A DNA stretch of 63,319 nucleotides, counting the filler, from Octopus bimaculoides (taxonomy: Eukaryota), in the NCBI RefSeq assembly GCF_001194135.2. It is 8 parts of 6 records of this genome, joined end to end, with 100 filler letters (N's around TTAATTAATTAA, not from the genome) between each part and the next. Parts side by side here need not be neighbours in the genome. Positions count along the whole stretch, not along the records: positions 1 to 25,921 come from NC_068982.1; positions 26,022 to 40,185 come from NC_069008.1; 6 more parts are not named here. One strand, written 5' to 3'. Below, one piece after another: positions 13,704 through 27,347 of the stretch (position 1 is the stretch's first letter; each line of letters begins with the position of its first letter). The position numbers were made by a program, and so were the translations under genes. The notes beneath the pieces were generated by a model that was not told the origin of the DNA, did no database searches, and was given only the letters and a program-made list of their open reading frames with translations.

Positions 13704-14115
13704 CTCTTTCTCTTTCCTCTTTTACTTGTTTCAGTCATTTGACTGCGGCCATGCTGGAGCACCGCCTGTAGTCGAGAAAATCGACCCGAGGGCTTATTCT
13801 TTGTAAGCCTAGTACTTATTTTATCGATCACTTTTACCGTACAGCTAGGTTACGGGGACGTAAACACACCAGCATCGGTTGTCAAGCGATGTTGGGGAGA
13901 CAAACACAGACACACAAACACACACATATATATATATACATATACATATATACGACGGGCTTCTTTCGGTTTCCGTCTACCAAATCCACTCATGAGGCTT
14001 TGGTCGGCCCGAGGCTATAGTAGAAGACACTTGCCCAAGGTGCCACGCAGTGAGACTGAACCCGGAATCATGTGGTTGGCAAGCAAGTTACTTACCACAC
14101 AGCCACTCCCGCGCC
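13704..14115 (-). mobile_element. tRNA-derived CORE-type SINE (family A)
   Basis: Reverse complement starts GGCGCGGGAGTGGCTGTGTGGTAAG (A-box-like), GGGTTCAGTCTC (B-box-like), CORE-like GGCACCTTGGGCAAGTGTCTT. Homologous to 28736-29118 on the plus strand. Confidence 0.88.
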
Positions 14116-14465
14116 TCCACACAGCCACNNNNNNNNNNNNNNNNNNNNNNNNNNNNNNNNNNNNNNNNNNNNNNNNNNNNNNNNNNNNNNNNNNNNNNNN
14201 NNNNNNNNNNNNNNNNNNNNNNNNNNNNNNNNNNNNNNNNNNNNNNNNNNNNNNNNNNNNNNNNNNNNNNNNNNNNNNNNNNNNNNNNNNNNNNNNNNNN
14301 NNNNNNNNNNNNNNNNNNNNNNNNNNNNNNNNNNNNNNNNNNNNNNNNNNNNNNNNNNNNNNNNNNNNNNNNNNNNNNNNNNNNNNNNNNNNNNNNNNNN
14401 NNNNNNNNNNNNNNNNNNNNNNNNNNNNNNNNNNNNNNNNNNNNNNNNNNNNNNNNNNTATATAC

Positions 14466-14520
<55 letters not shown>

Positions 14521-15449
14521 CGTATGTATGTATATGTATATATGTATGTGTATGTATACATATATATGTATTGTGTGTGTACATATAAACATATATATAT
14601 AGGCACATACATTTGTATGTGTTTGTGTAAATTAGAGAAATAGACGACTTTAGAATTCAATGTATAATATTCTTACAACTACAAGTACTTTATTGATTTT
14701 TCTTGTCATAACATTTCCTGTTCACCGTATTTTATATCGCAAAGGAAGTCATGAATGTGTAATTTTCCGTACCTTACGGAAAACTGAGATTAAGCGGTGA
14801 AAACACATCTTGGACTTTCGATAATTTTCAACAGTACCAAGGAGCGGAAGTGATATAGTTTTCGTATTATGTACAAATATGACAAAACAGGAAGACGGAG
14901 AGAGTGGATAAAAATGACTTTCTGTTAACTTTCCTTTCAAACTCTATGAAATATTAACGTTATTATTACTAAGAAAGTTAGACACAGACGTTCATACATA
15001 CATGAATATAATCGTACATATATAAATGCATGTGTGAACGTATGTATATAAATATACACAAACGCATACATACATAAAGAGACAGCGAAAGGGTAACAGA
15101 AAGAGGGAGACAGAGACGTTGAAATAAGCAAAGTTGCTAGAATGTCAGTATTTCTTCCGTCTTTCTTCATTCTGAGTTCAGAGTCTACTTTTGGTTAAGT
15201 TTGTAATCGATAGATAAGGATCCAGTCAAGTGGTCTCCTCTATAAATCTATCACCTTCTAAATGTTTCATTGGGTCAGTTGTGGGAATCGAGAGGGTAAT
15301 TTATCTGATCCCTGTTTACGTTAGTAAATCAAAGGATCGGCGAAAGTATAGTACATGCTAACACCAATAGTATCGAATTATACTCGATAACGAGTGACCG
15401 TATTGCTATTCACAAACACCCACATTATACATACATACACACACACACG

Positions 15450-15503
<54 letters not shown>

Positions 15504-15504
15504 G

Positions 15505-15535
<31 letters not shown>
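15450..15535. repeat. Compound (TA)(GA)(GATA) microsatellite
   Basis: Adjacent tandem units. Confidence 0.95.
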
Positions 15536-15630
15536 GGGTAGCAAACTTTTACAAATTTCCCTACCAGTGGCCTAGCATGTATAAAAAGTCAATAGATGAC
15601 ATATTATTCAATTTATAATAGTGTATATTT

Positions 15631-15844
15631 AAACAAAGAGAAATTACTAGTAACAGGTAATTTCTACATGCTAGGAGACAGTCAAAACGACCGAAAAACT
15701 ACAAAAAGTAAGTCATGTCAAAGGCAATGAAAAAAAAATATTTTTCATTCCCTTTGAAATAACTTAAAATTTGTGGTTTTTCGGTCGTTTTGATTGTGTC
15801 CTAGCATGTAGACATTACTTGTTACTAGTAATTTCTCTTTGTTT
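15631..15844. mobile_element. MITE-like foldback (~214 bp)
   Basis: 15631-15705 is a near reverse complement of 15770-15844; an inner pair TCAAAGGCAATGAAAAA/TTTTTCATTCCCTTTGA also pairs. Confidence 0.75.
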
Positions 15845-16618
15845 CTCGTTCTTCCTCTGTTCCTTCTACGTATCTCTTTTTCCCCCTCGTATTTCCTCTC
15901 TTTCTCTTTTCCTCTCGTTGCTCACCTATTCTTCTACTTCCTCCCTTTGTTTCTCCCTCTACCACTCTCTCTCTTCCCCTTACACCGGCATGGTCACATG
16001 CTTCCGGTCAATAACCCTTTTCTTCCTTGGCTATCGCCGAGCAAACACGCGTAACTACTTCGTCCCTTTCAAGTTCGTGCCTCACAGCGTTCATACAAAA
16101 ATAATTTTTCTCGTCTGGCCGTAAAGCCTTTTCTGTTTGTTTTCCTGTCTTGTTTTTTGTCCGCCACTACATTCCTCCATGGCAAGATTTAATTTGTGTA
16201 TACAAATTTAATTTGCGGTCNNNNNNNNNNNNNNNNNNNNNNNNNNNNNNNNNNNNNNNNNNNNNNNNNNNNNNNNNNNNNNNNNNNNNNNNNNNNNNNN
16301 NNNNNNNNNNNNNNNNNNNNNNNNNNNNNNNNNNNNNNNNNNNNNNNNNNNNNNNNNNNNNNNNNNNNNNNNNNNNNNNNNNNNNNNNNNNNNNNNNNNN
16401 NNNNNNNNNNNNNNNNNNNNNNNNNNNNNNNNNNNNNNNNNNNNNNNNNNNNNNNNNNNNNNNNNNNNNNNNNNNNNNNNNNNNNNNNNNNNNNNNNNNN
16501 NNNNNNNNNNNNNNNNNNNNNNNNNNNNNNNNNNNNNNNNNNNNNNNNNNNNNNNNNNNNNNNNNNNNNNNNNNNNNNNNNNNNNNNNNNNNNNNNNNNN
16601 NNNNNNNNNNNNNNNNNN

Positions 16619-16649
<31 letters not shown>

Positions 16650-16657
16650 ATAGATAA

Positions 16658-16725
<68 letters not shown>
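16619..16725. repeat. (TA)n(GATA)n microsatellite
   Basis: Tandem units after an N gap. Confidence 0.95.
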
Positions 16726-16726
<1 letters not shown>

Positions 16727-17705
16727 ATTGAAACTTTGCTACGTGTTAGAAAATTTATGAATTTTCGCTCTGTCACAAAAGTTTCAATTAACTAAAACTT
16801 CAGTTCAATGTTTACTTTTTAATGAGACAGTTTTCAGTTATATTCTCAAATTTTTGTGTACTATTATATTTTGGGTTACAAGTAATATGTTCTCCATTTT
16901 CAAAACAAAGGGAGTAAAAAGACATAAAATTAACTGATAGCATATATCCAACAGATTGACTGTAAGGAAAATTCCTAATTTAATGCTCGATTCCTCCTCC
17001 TACTCTTCTCCCCATTAAAAGGCGTCCAGATAAATCACTAACTAATATAAGAAGAAAAGGTTTTATTTATATTTAAAATGAATTTCAATTACTCACTAGA
17101 ATGAAAGTGAGGCATAACAAACATTTTCCCCATATTAGTACTGTTACTGCTAAGGAATATTTTATATTTTAAATATTTCATATTAAATTTTTTTTCTCAA
17201 TCTCTAATACATTTTCGTCGTATTAGGTATTTAGTAAAAATCTTTAAAATCTCTCATTATTTCGCTGCGGTACTCTGCATTCGCTGAAGCATTGTTGATC
17301 ACTCTATAAAATATTAAAGTAAGCTAGTGCAGAGAATTTTAGAAGAGACTTTGTTTAGGAAAGTAAATTTGTAGTGATTCGTTCATCACGAATGTAGCTA
17401 GATATAAATTTGTGAGTCAGTATTGCATGGCAAAGCATCGTTAAGAAATGATTATTATAAGTAAGCTTACTTTATACGTAAGTAAAAATAAACTGTAATC
17501 TAACAATCCAATACTATTCACCTAATCCTGTTGTCAACGAGAAAAATTAATGGGAGGTAAAGAAAACGCCAAGAACCGTCGAAGAGTTTGGGTATGAAAT
17601 CCGTTAATAATGAAGCTATCAATGCTTATTTCAAATAAATTCCCAAATAACTTGTAAATACGATGTATTTTTATGAATTGTTTTCAATATATAACCACGG
17701 TTTAC

Positions 17706-17908
17706 GGTGAGCTGGCAGTATCGTTACCGCACCAGGCAAAATGCTTAGCAACGTGTCCGTCTTTACATTCTGAATTCAAATTCCGCTGAGGTCGACTTTG
17801 CATTTTATCCGTTCGAGGTTGATAAAATAAGTAGCAGCTGAGCACTGGAATAGATGCAATCGACTTCTCTCCTACCTCGAACTGGTCTTGTGCCAAAATT
17901 TGAAACCA
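17706..17908 (+). mobile_element. tRNA-derived SINE (family B)
   Basis: GGTGAGCTGGCAGTATCGTTA head and GAATTCAAATTCC B-box-like motif; homologous to 22265-22491 (-) and 43569-43720 (+). Confidence 0.82.
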
Positions 17909-18266
17909 GTATATAACAACGGTAAGTTTATTTGAAGTTACAAATAACTTTAATAACATATTTGCAAAACGTCAATATTTTACAAACTACCACACTCTGT
18001 AATACATTACTTCCAATAATGAAATGTTTTGCTTGGATCAATTTATCTCACTCGATTTCTAATTGGTATCGCTTGAACTGAATGCAAAACCGACATTTAT
18101 TAAACTTTTATTTTTAACTGAAGAAATAAATAATATTTGTATTTATAAACAACTTTTCACTTAATCTTTCGAAGACAACAATTATTAAGTCTGACAGATT
18201 CATTTTCTAAATTTTGCAGACGATAATAGCAGTTTTAACTATTTCTCTTGATTCCTTCAGAAAAAA

Positions 18267-18267
<1 letters not shown>

Positions 18268-18309
<42 letters not shown>

Positions 18310-18515
18310 CTGATGGAGAACAACAACATGAAGAACAAGAAGAATAGGAAGAGGGGAGGGGAGCAGGAGAGGGAGCAGGAGGAGTAAGAAGAATAAGAAG
18401 AGAAGAAAAATTATAACGACGACGACGACGGTGAAGAAGAAGAAGAAGAAGAAGAAGAAGAAGAAGAAGAAGAAGAAGAAGAAGAAGAAGAAGAAGAAGA
18501 AGAAGAAGAAGAAGA
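18268..18515. repeat. (GAT)n, (GAC)n and (GAA)n microsatellite cluster
   Basis: Tandem trinucleotides; gives the poly-Phe/poly-His pseudo-ORF. Confidence 0.95.
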
Positions 18516-18630
18516 AATTTACATGCAAATGAAATGGAAAGTATTTCTCTCAGCAGAGGTTATTGGCAGGGAACAAAATATGTATGTACCTAATTTTCAT
18601 ATTTAAATTAATATCATGAAGTGAAATGAA

Positions 18631-18667
<37 letters not shown>

Positions 18668-18670
18668 TCA

Positions 18671-18734
18671 ATAAATGGAGTAATACGCATATGTTAAATG
18701 AATTCATTTAACATATGCGTATTACTCCATTTAT
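18671..18734. repeat. Perfect 64-bp palindrome without spacer
   Basis: ATAAATGGAGTAATACGCATATGTTAAATGAA is followed directly by its exact reverse complement. Confidence 0.95.
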
Positions 18735-19914
18735 AAAAAAATTATATTTACTCAAATGCCCAAAATAACAGGGAGTTTCTACATAACTTTTTTCAAATTT
18801 AGGCTTGATTTGAGGAGGGTCTCTCCTTTCTCATTTGATTCTTATCACTGTCGTTTCTGTTGAATATAATTATAGAGAACCCACTTCATAATTTGTGACG
18901 ATTCTACAGCGGAAAAGTTCAGTCGCACGTCTACTCTTCAATCACAAGTGGAGACGATTCTTTGATTAAGCTGAGAAGCGGTCAAATTTTGAAGGATCCG
19001 CTGATCAAGTTTATACGCTTTTCCAGGTTCATAAATGAGTGTGACTTGCATTTAACTGATCTGGTAATTTTGTACAGTTTGCTTTGGATTTTCTTTAACT
19101 ACGGTTTACAGAAGCTCAATATTGACCAAACTTGGTGATCCAGATCAACAGAATCATCGTTATTATGTTCGGTCACGTAAAACTTCAGGTCCATAGACAG
19201 AACGTTTGTTTCTTGCCACTTCCATTGATGAAAAGCCCCTTTCGGATTGATATAGCATAAAGTGTCTGAACTAAACTCGTCTTAGACTAAAATCGATACG
19301 AATTTGAACCACTATGACACAAAGTAATCTACAAAGAATAAAAATGATATTAGAAGGTAAAATCAGTGCTTATTTTACTGTAAGTATTGGAAAAGTACCC
19401 CCAATCGATCATGTCAAATATGCGCGAAAATTGTCTTCTCAAACTAATAACATTCTCTGTACACACACACACACACACACACACTCATATATGTATCCAC
19501 ACCCCTACCCCACATCCCCACACACCACACCACTCCACACACACTATCACTGACAACTTCCCAGCACCCACACCACACACCATCATCTGCACACGCACGC
19601 ACCATTATCCACTCACCCACACATTCCAGACACATACACACTAACACATGCTCACATCCACATACATCAAAGTCACTAGGCCATATCCATACACACACAC
19701 TTACACACTCTCGTATAAACACGCACGCGCACCATCGTTTTGGGATCGCCAACACTTTATTATCTCCCCTTCTTTCTACCACCCTTGTCAAACCTTTTTT
19801 TTCCCAACGAGTCGCTATGCTTGACCGCTAAATCCACAAGTTACTTTTTATTCTCTCTCTGTTTGTTTTCTCATATTCCTTTCTGTTGAAGAGTGTAGGC
19901 TCGAAACGTAAAAG

Positions 19915-20574
19915 ACTTTCTCACTTTCTCATGCGTCTAACTAATACACCTGCTTGTTTTTCATACACGTGTCCTCGTCTTTTGTCTTTCTGTAAATTTC
20001 CACCATATACGTGTGTGTGTGTGTGTGTGTGTGTATGCATACACATTCACTCACATACGCACACGCACATATACCCACACACATGCTTATATATTAGAAT
20101 GTAAAGTGCGAGCGCAGAAACCTACAACATCATTAAGTATTGAACCTAGAAAAATACAAGACAAGAAGAAATACTGTGGCTGGTGTTACAATTTAAAAGC
20201 CAAAGTAGAAAAGTAAATGTCCTTTTATACTTTTTAGTTTTACATATAAGTTTGAATAAAAATACTAAAGAAGCTATTTTCAATTTAGGTGAAAAGATTA
20301 ATTGCCTGCAAATTTACACATAAAAAATTTAATATTACAAATTTATATATTTTAAAAATCATATAATTGCATTTTAAGCAAAATTGAGAATTATAACCCT
20401 TAATTTTTTGTTTTTTAAAGCTAGAGATATTTCTACATTTTGCACTCAATTTATTCATTAGCTTTCGTTTTGAAAGTGAATGTGTATGCATACACACACA
20501 CACACACACACACATGTATATGGTGGAAATTTACAGAAAGACAAAAGACGAGGACACGTGAGTGAATGTGTATG

Positions 20575-20628
<54 letters not shown>

Positions 20629-20721
20629 TATGGTGGAAATGTACAGAAAGACAAAAGACGAGGACACGTGTATGAAAAACAAACAGGTGTATTAGTTAGA
20701 CGCATGAGAAAGTGAGAAAGT
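19915..20721. repeat. Long inverted repeat with internal (CA)/(TG) tract; right arm partly duplicated in tandem
   Basis: 19915-20052 is the reverse complement of ~20560-20721; an extra partial copy sits at ~20474-20559. Confidence 0.88.
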
Positions 20722-21335
20722 ATTTGTTAACTGAGAATGAAAACTTTCAAGAAATTAATTCTTTTGTTTCTTCAATTTAATTTTTATTTTTTTTTTACTC
20801 TTTTGAATTACACATATTCTACATGAGTTTAATTTTATAACATAATATCTGTGATTTAAAATATCTGGATAATGAGTTTTATTAAGAAAATCAAAAAAAA
20901 TATAATACTAAAAATAAGATAAATGTTTTAGCTTAATAGGAAAAAATTCTTAAATCAAGACTATTAACTTAAATTTTAAAAACATTGTAATATTGTAATA
21001 AAAAGAAAAATAATATAAAAAGCAAAACAGTGCACACATCATTTGATGGATAATTTCAGAAATTTTTTCAGAAAATATTAATTTTAGTAGCAATATTTCT
21101 TTTTCTTCTTGTCCTGTACTTTTCCAGGTTTAATTACTGCTTGTTGTTTACATTTCCAGGTTCAACAGTAAAAGATACTGTATGATTTCGCGCCCTCGTT
21201 TTTCATTTTGGCCCACTTTTTTCCAGGCAACGCTTCTATTATTAGAATTAACTAGAATTACCTTTATAATTGAAAAAGTGACACTACTGTAAATATTCTT
21301 TAAATTCAGATTTTGTTCAAACTTAGAAATGTATG

Positions 21336-21435
21336 CACAAGGTTTTGGTCGGCCGGAGATTATTGTAGAAGACACTCGAGCAAAGTACCACGCAGTGGGA
21401 CTGAACCCGGAACCATTGGTTTGGGAAGCCACACC
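21336..21435 (-). mobile_element. Family A SINE head fragment
   Basis: Similar to 13995-14090 (GGTCGGCC..GTAGAAGACACT..CACGCAGTGGGACTGAACCCGG). Confidence 0.75.
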
Positions 21436-22264
21436 TATTTGTTTCTGCATGTTGCGGAGTTTTAACATAAATTTGCTTATATAGCTTACATGAATAAATG
21501 TTTAAAGCATTTGAAAAAACAAGACTTTAAATTTGAAATTTTTAATGCTATTGTTATTTTGTAACGCAGATTGTGCAGTAGAGCATAAGTTCGACATATT
21601 ACAGATTATTCTCATACGCCACCCACGAAGACAACATTATGTTATGTAGAAGACTTGATCGATTTTTGCTGTCTTTGACAATATGAAAATTACATTCTCC
21701 CCTCCGGTTCCTAGCAGTTAAATGTTGGAAAAAAACTCTATTGTATAGTAATAATATCGAACTAAGCAACACATAGACCAGAGATTGCAAATGGACTAAG
21801 ACATTATGTATCTATTTTCTCATCTTAGCATTCGTACCAGATATAACTAATATTGTCAGGAAAAATATAAATTACAAATTTTATTGATTCTTCACCAATA
21901 ATGTGAACGTTTAGATATTCCATAATTTAATAAAGAGACATAAAATACAAACTTGCAGAAAGACTTTTATATATCGGTGATATAATTTCGCAGTTATCCT
22001 TATCAACACATATTTCAGAAAGGAGGAAAAAGAAACAACACAGAAAGCAGGAAGGAAAATGAAAGACGTGCTGCTATTAAGGATTATTTATGTAGGCATG
22101 GTTTCTCCAATTAAATACGACAAATAATGGGCTGTTCTAATGTTCATACCTTTTATGAGTTGCCTAATTACGTGACTGAAAGCAATATTTGTCGAAGAAT
22201 TGAAACTGGACCCTCGATTTGTATGCGTGCGTAACTTTGCAGTCTACCCTCAGTGTCACTGTAC

Positions 22265-22491
22265 CTGCCCCCAAATATTCTCTTCTACTCTAGGTACAGG
22301 GCCTGAAAGTTTTGGAGAGAAGGGGCCAGTCAATAAGATCGACCGAAGTACGCAACTGGTACTTAATTTATCAGCCCCGGAAGGATGAAAAGCATAGTCA
22401 ACCTCGACGGAAATTGAACTCCGAACGTAAAGACACGAAATACCGAGACGCATTTCACCCGTCGTGCTCACGTTTTTGCCAGCTCGCCGCC
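22265..22491 (-). mobile_element. tRNA-derived SINE (family B)
   Basis: Reverse complement begins GGCGGCGAGCTGGC; homologous to 17706-17908. Confidence 0.82.
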
Positions 22492-22559
22492 TTTCTGCTC
22501 CCAAGTATTGCTGGGAAAATATTTCATCTGTACATGTCTTCTTATATACATATATATAT

Positions 22560-22755
22560 TCACAATTTAGGTTAGTTGAAATATGTTTGTCACATATTTC
22601 AACAGCTAAAGACAACAAATGCACTACAGTTACACTGCAAATACACTGCAGTTACCTTTTTAACATAGAGGTGTTTTCTCCACGGTAACTGCAGCGTATT
22701 TGCCTTTAGCTGTTGAAATATGCGACAAACATATTTCAACTGACCTAAATTGTGA
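22560..22755. mobile_element. MITE with ~50-bp TIRs and a nested inner inverted repeat
   Basis: CACAATTTAGGTTAGTTGAAATATGTTTGTCACATATTTCAACAGCTAAAG pairs with CTTTAGCTGTTGAAATATGCGACAAACATATTTCAACTGACCTAAATTGTG; inner GCAAATACACTGCAGTTACC/GGTAACTGCAGCGTATTTGC. Confidence 0.8.
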
Positions 22756-22795
22756 TTATATGTAAACACTGCTTAGCGCATTTACCCCGATATAT

Positions 22796-22828
<33 letters not shown>

Positions 22829-25139
22829 TAAAGATAGATAGATAACATCTCGTTTTCTTCACTTGGTATCTCTGTTTATTGGTTGCCATTTATCTCTTCT
22901 TTATTTGAATGTGTTTTTATGTGGTCCAGTCAATTCTTTGTTGACCACATACAACTGTTAGTTGTATTATTCAATATTCTCGATATTACTTATAACCTTT
23001 TTAACAGAGCCATGTCCAAATGAATAATAATCATAGTCATGTTGATATAATAACCCAAGTCTGTAACAGGCTTTAACATCAAAGATGTTTATCTTCTAAA
23101 GACATTTATGCAATTTTGATTCCGGTTAGTCATCTGGATCATCTCTCATAACCTTCCTTATCTGCTATCCTCGTACATAATTCCATAACGAAAACGATAA
23201 CGTGGTATATCATTCTTTTATATTCAAACATATTCTAATCTTTGTTCAGACTGCCAATGTTAATGTCAAGTTACCACTCACTAAATGTTAATATTTTATT
23301 AAAGGATTCTTTACGGGTTTGTAATTTCATTTATCTGTCTATACGGAGAGTAAACATGACAATGTGACAGACGTTTTTGTGCATATGAAAATTGAGAATG
23401 TTTGTAGGTTTGAACAAAATAAATATTGACACAATATATGAATAGTGTAAGATTTAGTAATCAAGTAACATTCAGAAACTGGTATTCATTCTCATACATC
23501 TAAGCTATATATAGAATTTAAGGTTTGCATAACATAGTGTAGGAAACATCTGAAATTTCGAGATCTTATTGATCGCAAATTAATTTGAGATTTTAGGAAG
23601 TGGTAAAATGAGAGACTCGGAAGATCACCGAACTAAATACCATAAATATTTAGTTGCGTACTTTCAAGTTCTGAGATTAAACCTCAAAAGAAAGGACCTG
23701 GCATTTCTCCTCTCTGTTGTCATAATCATAAGCATCAGTAATGATTAGAGTTGGCAATATACTATATCACCACGCTAAATTATGATATTTGAAGAAAACG
23801 TTTTAGATGCGCGAATGAACCATTTTCAGTCCTCAGAAAAGAAAGTAATTATGAGACTGAGTGAATATGTGAATAACTTCTAAATCTGAGTTCAAATTTT
23901 TTGCAGATATGAACCTTATATTACTTAAACATCAAAAGAGCCCTTTCTAGTAACTTCCGCTTATATTGAAAAAAAAAATAGATAATCTAGTTCTAGAAAC
24001 ATTGTTTGGAAAAGGAAGGAATCTTCACGGCTGGAACGTCTTTCATCATACCTTAGCGGGGATGGATCTTGGTTTAACTGGGACTGAATAACAACAATTG
24101 TATAAATCATATTCTTTGGAGAGAAATCAATATATGCTAACAAAACTTCTGCACTTCCATTTTATCAGTCTTCGGATGACTAATGCAGAGAAAAACATGT
24201 GGGCGACTCATAAATAAATTAACTCAACATTCACATGATTTAACCGTCATCATTATTACGCATTAAACACAACTATTTTTATTTCAAATATAACTGATAT
24301 TTTTAATTCGATTTCTCTGCAGCTATTTGGATCTTCTTCAAAAAATACAAAAGCTATCACATCACCTATCTTTATATATTGTTCTACTTAATAAACACAC
24401 ACACACACACACACACACATAGACATATGTTCATATTATATAGATATGTACGTATGTATTCTTCTCACCACCATTCTATTCAATACATTCTATTTAAACT
24501 TTGAGCTGAAACAAATGGATTTAGTAAAATGCAGCCGTTTCACTGCAACCACATGTTACTGATAATATAAAAATAGCATTAATATAATATTACTTGCATA
24601 AATAATAAACTGAGAGCATTAATATTGTTGTTTTTGTGTGGAAATTGCAGATTATTAATTAATTACAGCTTCTCGGTTGATACTGAGGTCAATTCTGAAC
24701 GCAGCACCTCATGTATCTAACCCACAAGATGTTAAAATGTCAGTTACAAATTAGGTCCCCCAACTTTTTAGGCGTTACTAAATACGTCAGTGTATTAAGT
24801 GTTTACCATATCTCCAAAACTAGAGATGATTGCGTTAAACCGATGCCTTATTTGGACGTAATACTCCAGTAGTTAGAGATTTCAACTGTAGCAACGTTTT
24901 TTTTTTTATTTTTAACATAAGATCAAAAAAGTAAAATACAAGCTTCCCACCTGAAAGATTCAGTTCAGAACGATATTACATATTGTTGAATAGGCTGACT
25001 ACTATTATCTGCTCTTGTATACTAAGATGTATCGACTGTCGTATATCGGATTAACAGATTTAATAAGAAACTTTAAGCTGTGTGTGTATATATGTATGCA
25101 TTTACGCACGTGCATAAAAAATACGTACGTACACAGACA

Positions 25140-25146
25140 CACATAA

Positions 25147-25230
<84 letters not shown>
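25140..25230. repeat. (CA)n(TA)n microsatellite
   Basis: Tandem units. Confidence 0.95.
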
Positions 25231-25233
<3 letters not shown>

Positions 25234-25772
25234 CAATGTCAACAATAACCGCCACAAATAAAGAGGAAGGGAATAGTAAAAGGGTATAGGAAAAGTTAAT
25301 CAGGAGAAAGATTAAGAAGTAAAACAGAAAGATAATAGTAGTCAATGAGAAAAGGTAAGAGAGAGGGAGACAAAAGGGGAGGGAGGGGAGAAGAAGAAGG
25401 GTGAAAAGGGGCTGCAAAAGCTTGCATGTGTAAATGTGTGTGTGTGTGTGGTTGTATGTCCGTGTTCATGTGCTTTAAAATGCACATACATCTATGCACA
25501 CACATATATAAGACATCACATTAGGTAAGCTTCACATATATCGGCTATATAAAAAGAAAAAATACATAATACATGCATATACACATACTCCCAAACATAC
25601 CCACATGTATACATACATGGATATATGGATGTGTGCTCAGATACAGAGAGAGGGGGAGAGACACAGATGGAGTGAGGGAGGGAGAGAGATCCGCAGGGAG
25701 AGAGAAAGAGAAAGTAGTGAACAGCAGTAGAGGTGTTTTCAAATTGCATAAGAAGTTATCTCAACACAGGAA

Positions 25773-25805
<33 letters not shown>

Positions 25806-25879
25806 GCATGCAAATACAAAACACACACACACTTATTTGCACGCACGCACAGACACACACGCACACACACACACACACA

Positions 25880-25921
<42 letters not shown>

Positions 25922-26021
25922 NNNNNNNNNNNNNNNNNNNNNNNNNNNNNNNNNNNNNNNNNNNNTTAATTAATTAANNNNNNNNNNNNNNNNNNNNNNN
26001 NNNNNNNNNNNNNNNNNNNNN
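25922..26021. other. Artificial scaffold linker N44-TTAATTAATTAA-N44
   Basis: Six-frame-stop 12-mer at 25966-25977 flanked by exactly 44 N on each side. Confidence 0.97.
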
Positions 26022-27347
26022 CTTCCTGTTTCTGTTGTGCCTGTAATTCAAAAGGGTCAGCCTTGTCACACTGAATATCCTTGAGAACTACGTTAAGGGT
26101 ACACGTGTCTGTGGAGTGCTCAGCCACTTGCATGTTAATTTCACGAGCAGGTTGTTCCGTTGATCGGATCAACTGGAACCCTCGACATCGTAAATGACGA
26201 GTGCCAACAACAAACAAACAAACAAACAAGCATAAATATATCAAGAAGACAGCCTCCCCTGTAGATCAAGAATATTTTATGTTTGACATTTAGATTTAGT
26301 CAAGTTTCATTAATTTCATATCATGTTCCATTTTTCCATGATCCTCTTTCATCTCACAGAGAAATTTTAATTATTTTTGTATTTCTGATCTTTTTGATGT
26401 CTGTGGATGGATATTGATATGTTTGAGGCTGTTTTTGAATATAATTCTGGAGAATTGAAGAGGCAAATTTACCTCATCTTGTCTTACTCATTTTGACCCA
26501 TCTGAGTTTGTCCAAACAGAACATAAATAATTTTCTGAAATAGTATTCTGAATATGTTAGTGTTTATAATGCATTTAGAGAAGGTCATTTGCTTAGTTGA
26601 CATAGTTTTTGTAAGGTTGTGAACAATGATAAAAAATATATTTCTTCTCAAAGTCAAAAATGTGGTAAAAACTCTTATTTTGCCCTACCCACCACAATAA
26701 AAGATTTATAATATAAAGTATTTCTTTAGGATAAAAGCATTATTATTGTTTCATGAATTGTTTAAGGGTTGCAGAGGGGGCAATTTAATTAGAAATTTTT
26801 GCATTTTCAAATGCAATGAAGAACCATTCAAACTTATCTTATGAAAGAACTACATTCAAATATTTAATATTTTGGTATGTAATAATATATGCAAAGGGCT
26901 TTTAATTAATCTCACCAGTGTCATTTGAATGGGGGAATTGTTAACAACACTGCCTACTTTCCGTGTTCATAATTATGTTATTTGTAGTAATTATTTCATG
27001 TGAAGATAAACTTTAATATTTGTGGACAACATGAAGTGACCCACATGTCTGAGGGGCATTGTTCCATTAAGTTCATGAGTAAATATTTCATTTCATCACA
27101 AAATTTGTTACCTCATTAATTGATTGTTCCTTGTTTTACAGGTCAGGGGAAATGTGTTTTAATTGCACACAGATATGAATGAATAGTTTTTCTAGCACTA
27201 CTTGATATTTCATTTCAAACACTCTACTGGTAAGTAGAAAATATATCTACATTGCACATGTTCCGCAGATGTAAACAAAGTTTCATGATATCTTGAACAA
27301 GAGACTGAACCCTAATACATTATACTCAGAATTTCAAAAGAATTAAT

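Noticed and set aside
13992-14660. Long ORFs spanning N runs (also 16150-16776, 40693-41296, 51316-52243, 53226-54351, 57034-57876, 61314-62328)
   Set aside because: Length comes from X codons in assembly gaps.
26270-26620. Similarity to 39850-40120 as evidence of ZNF-locus segmental duplication
   Set aside because: Divergent and not collinear with the ZNF paralogue; more likely an old interspersed repeat.
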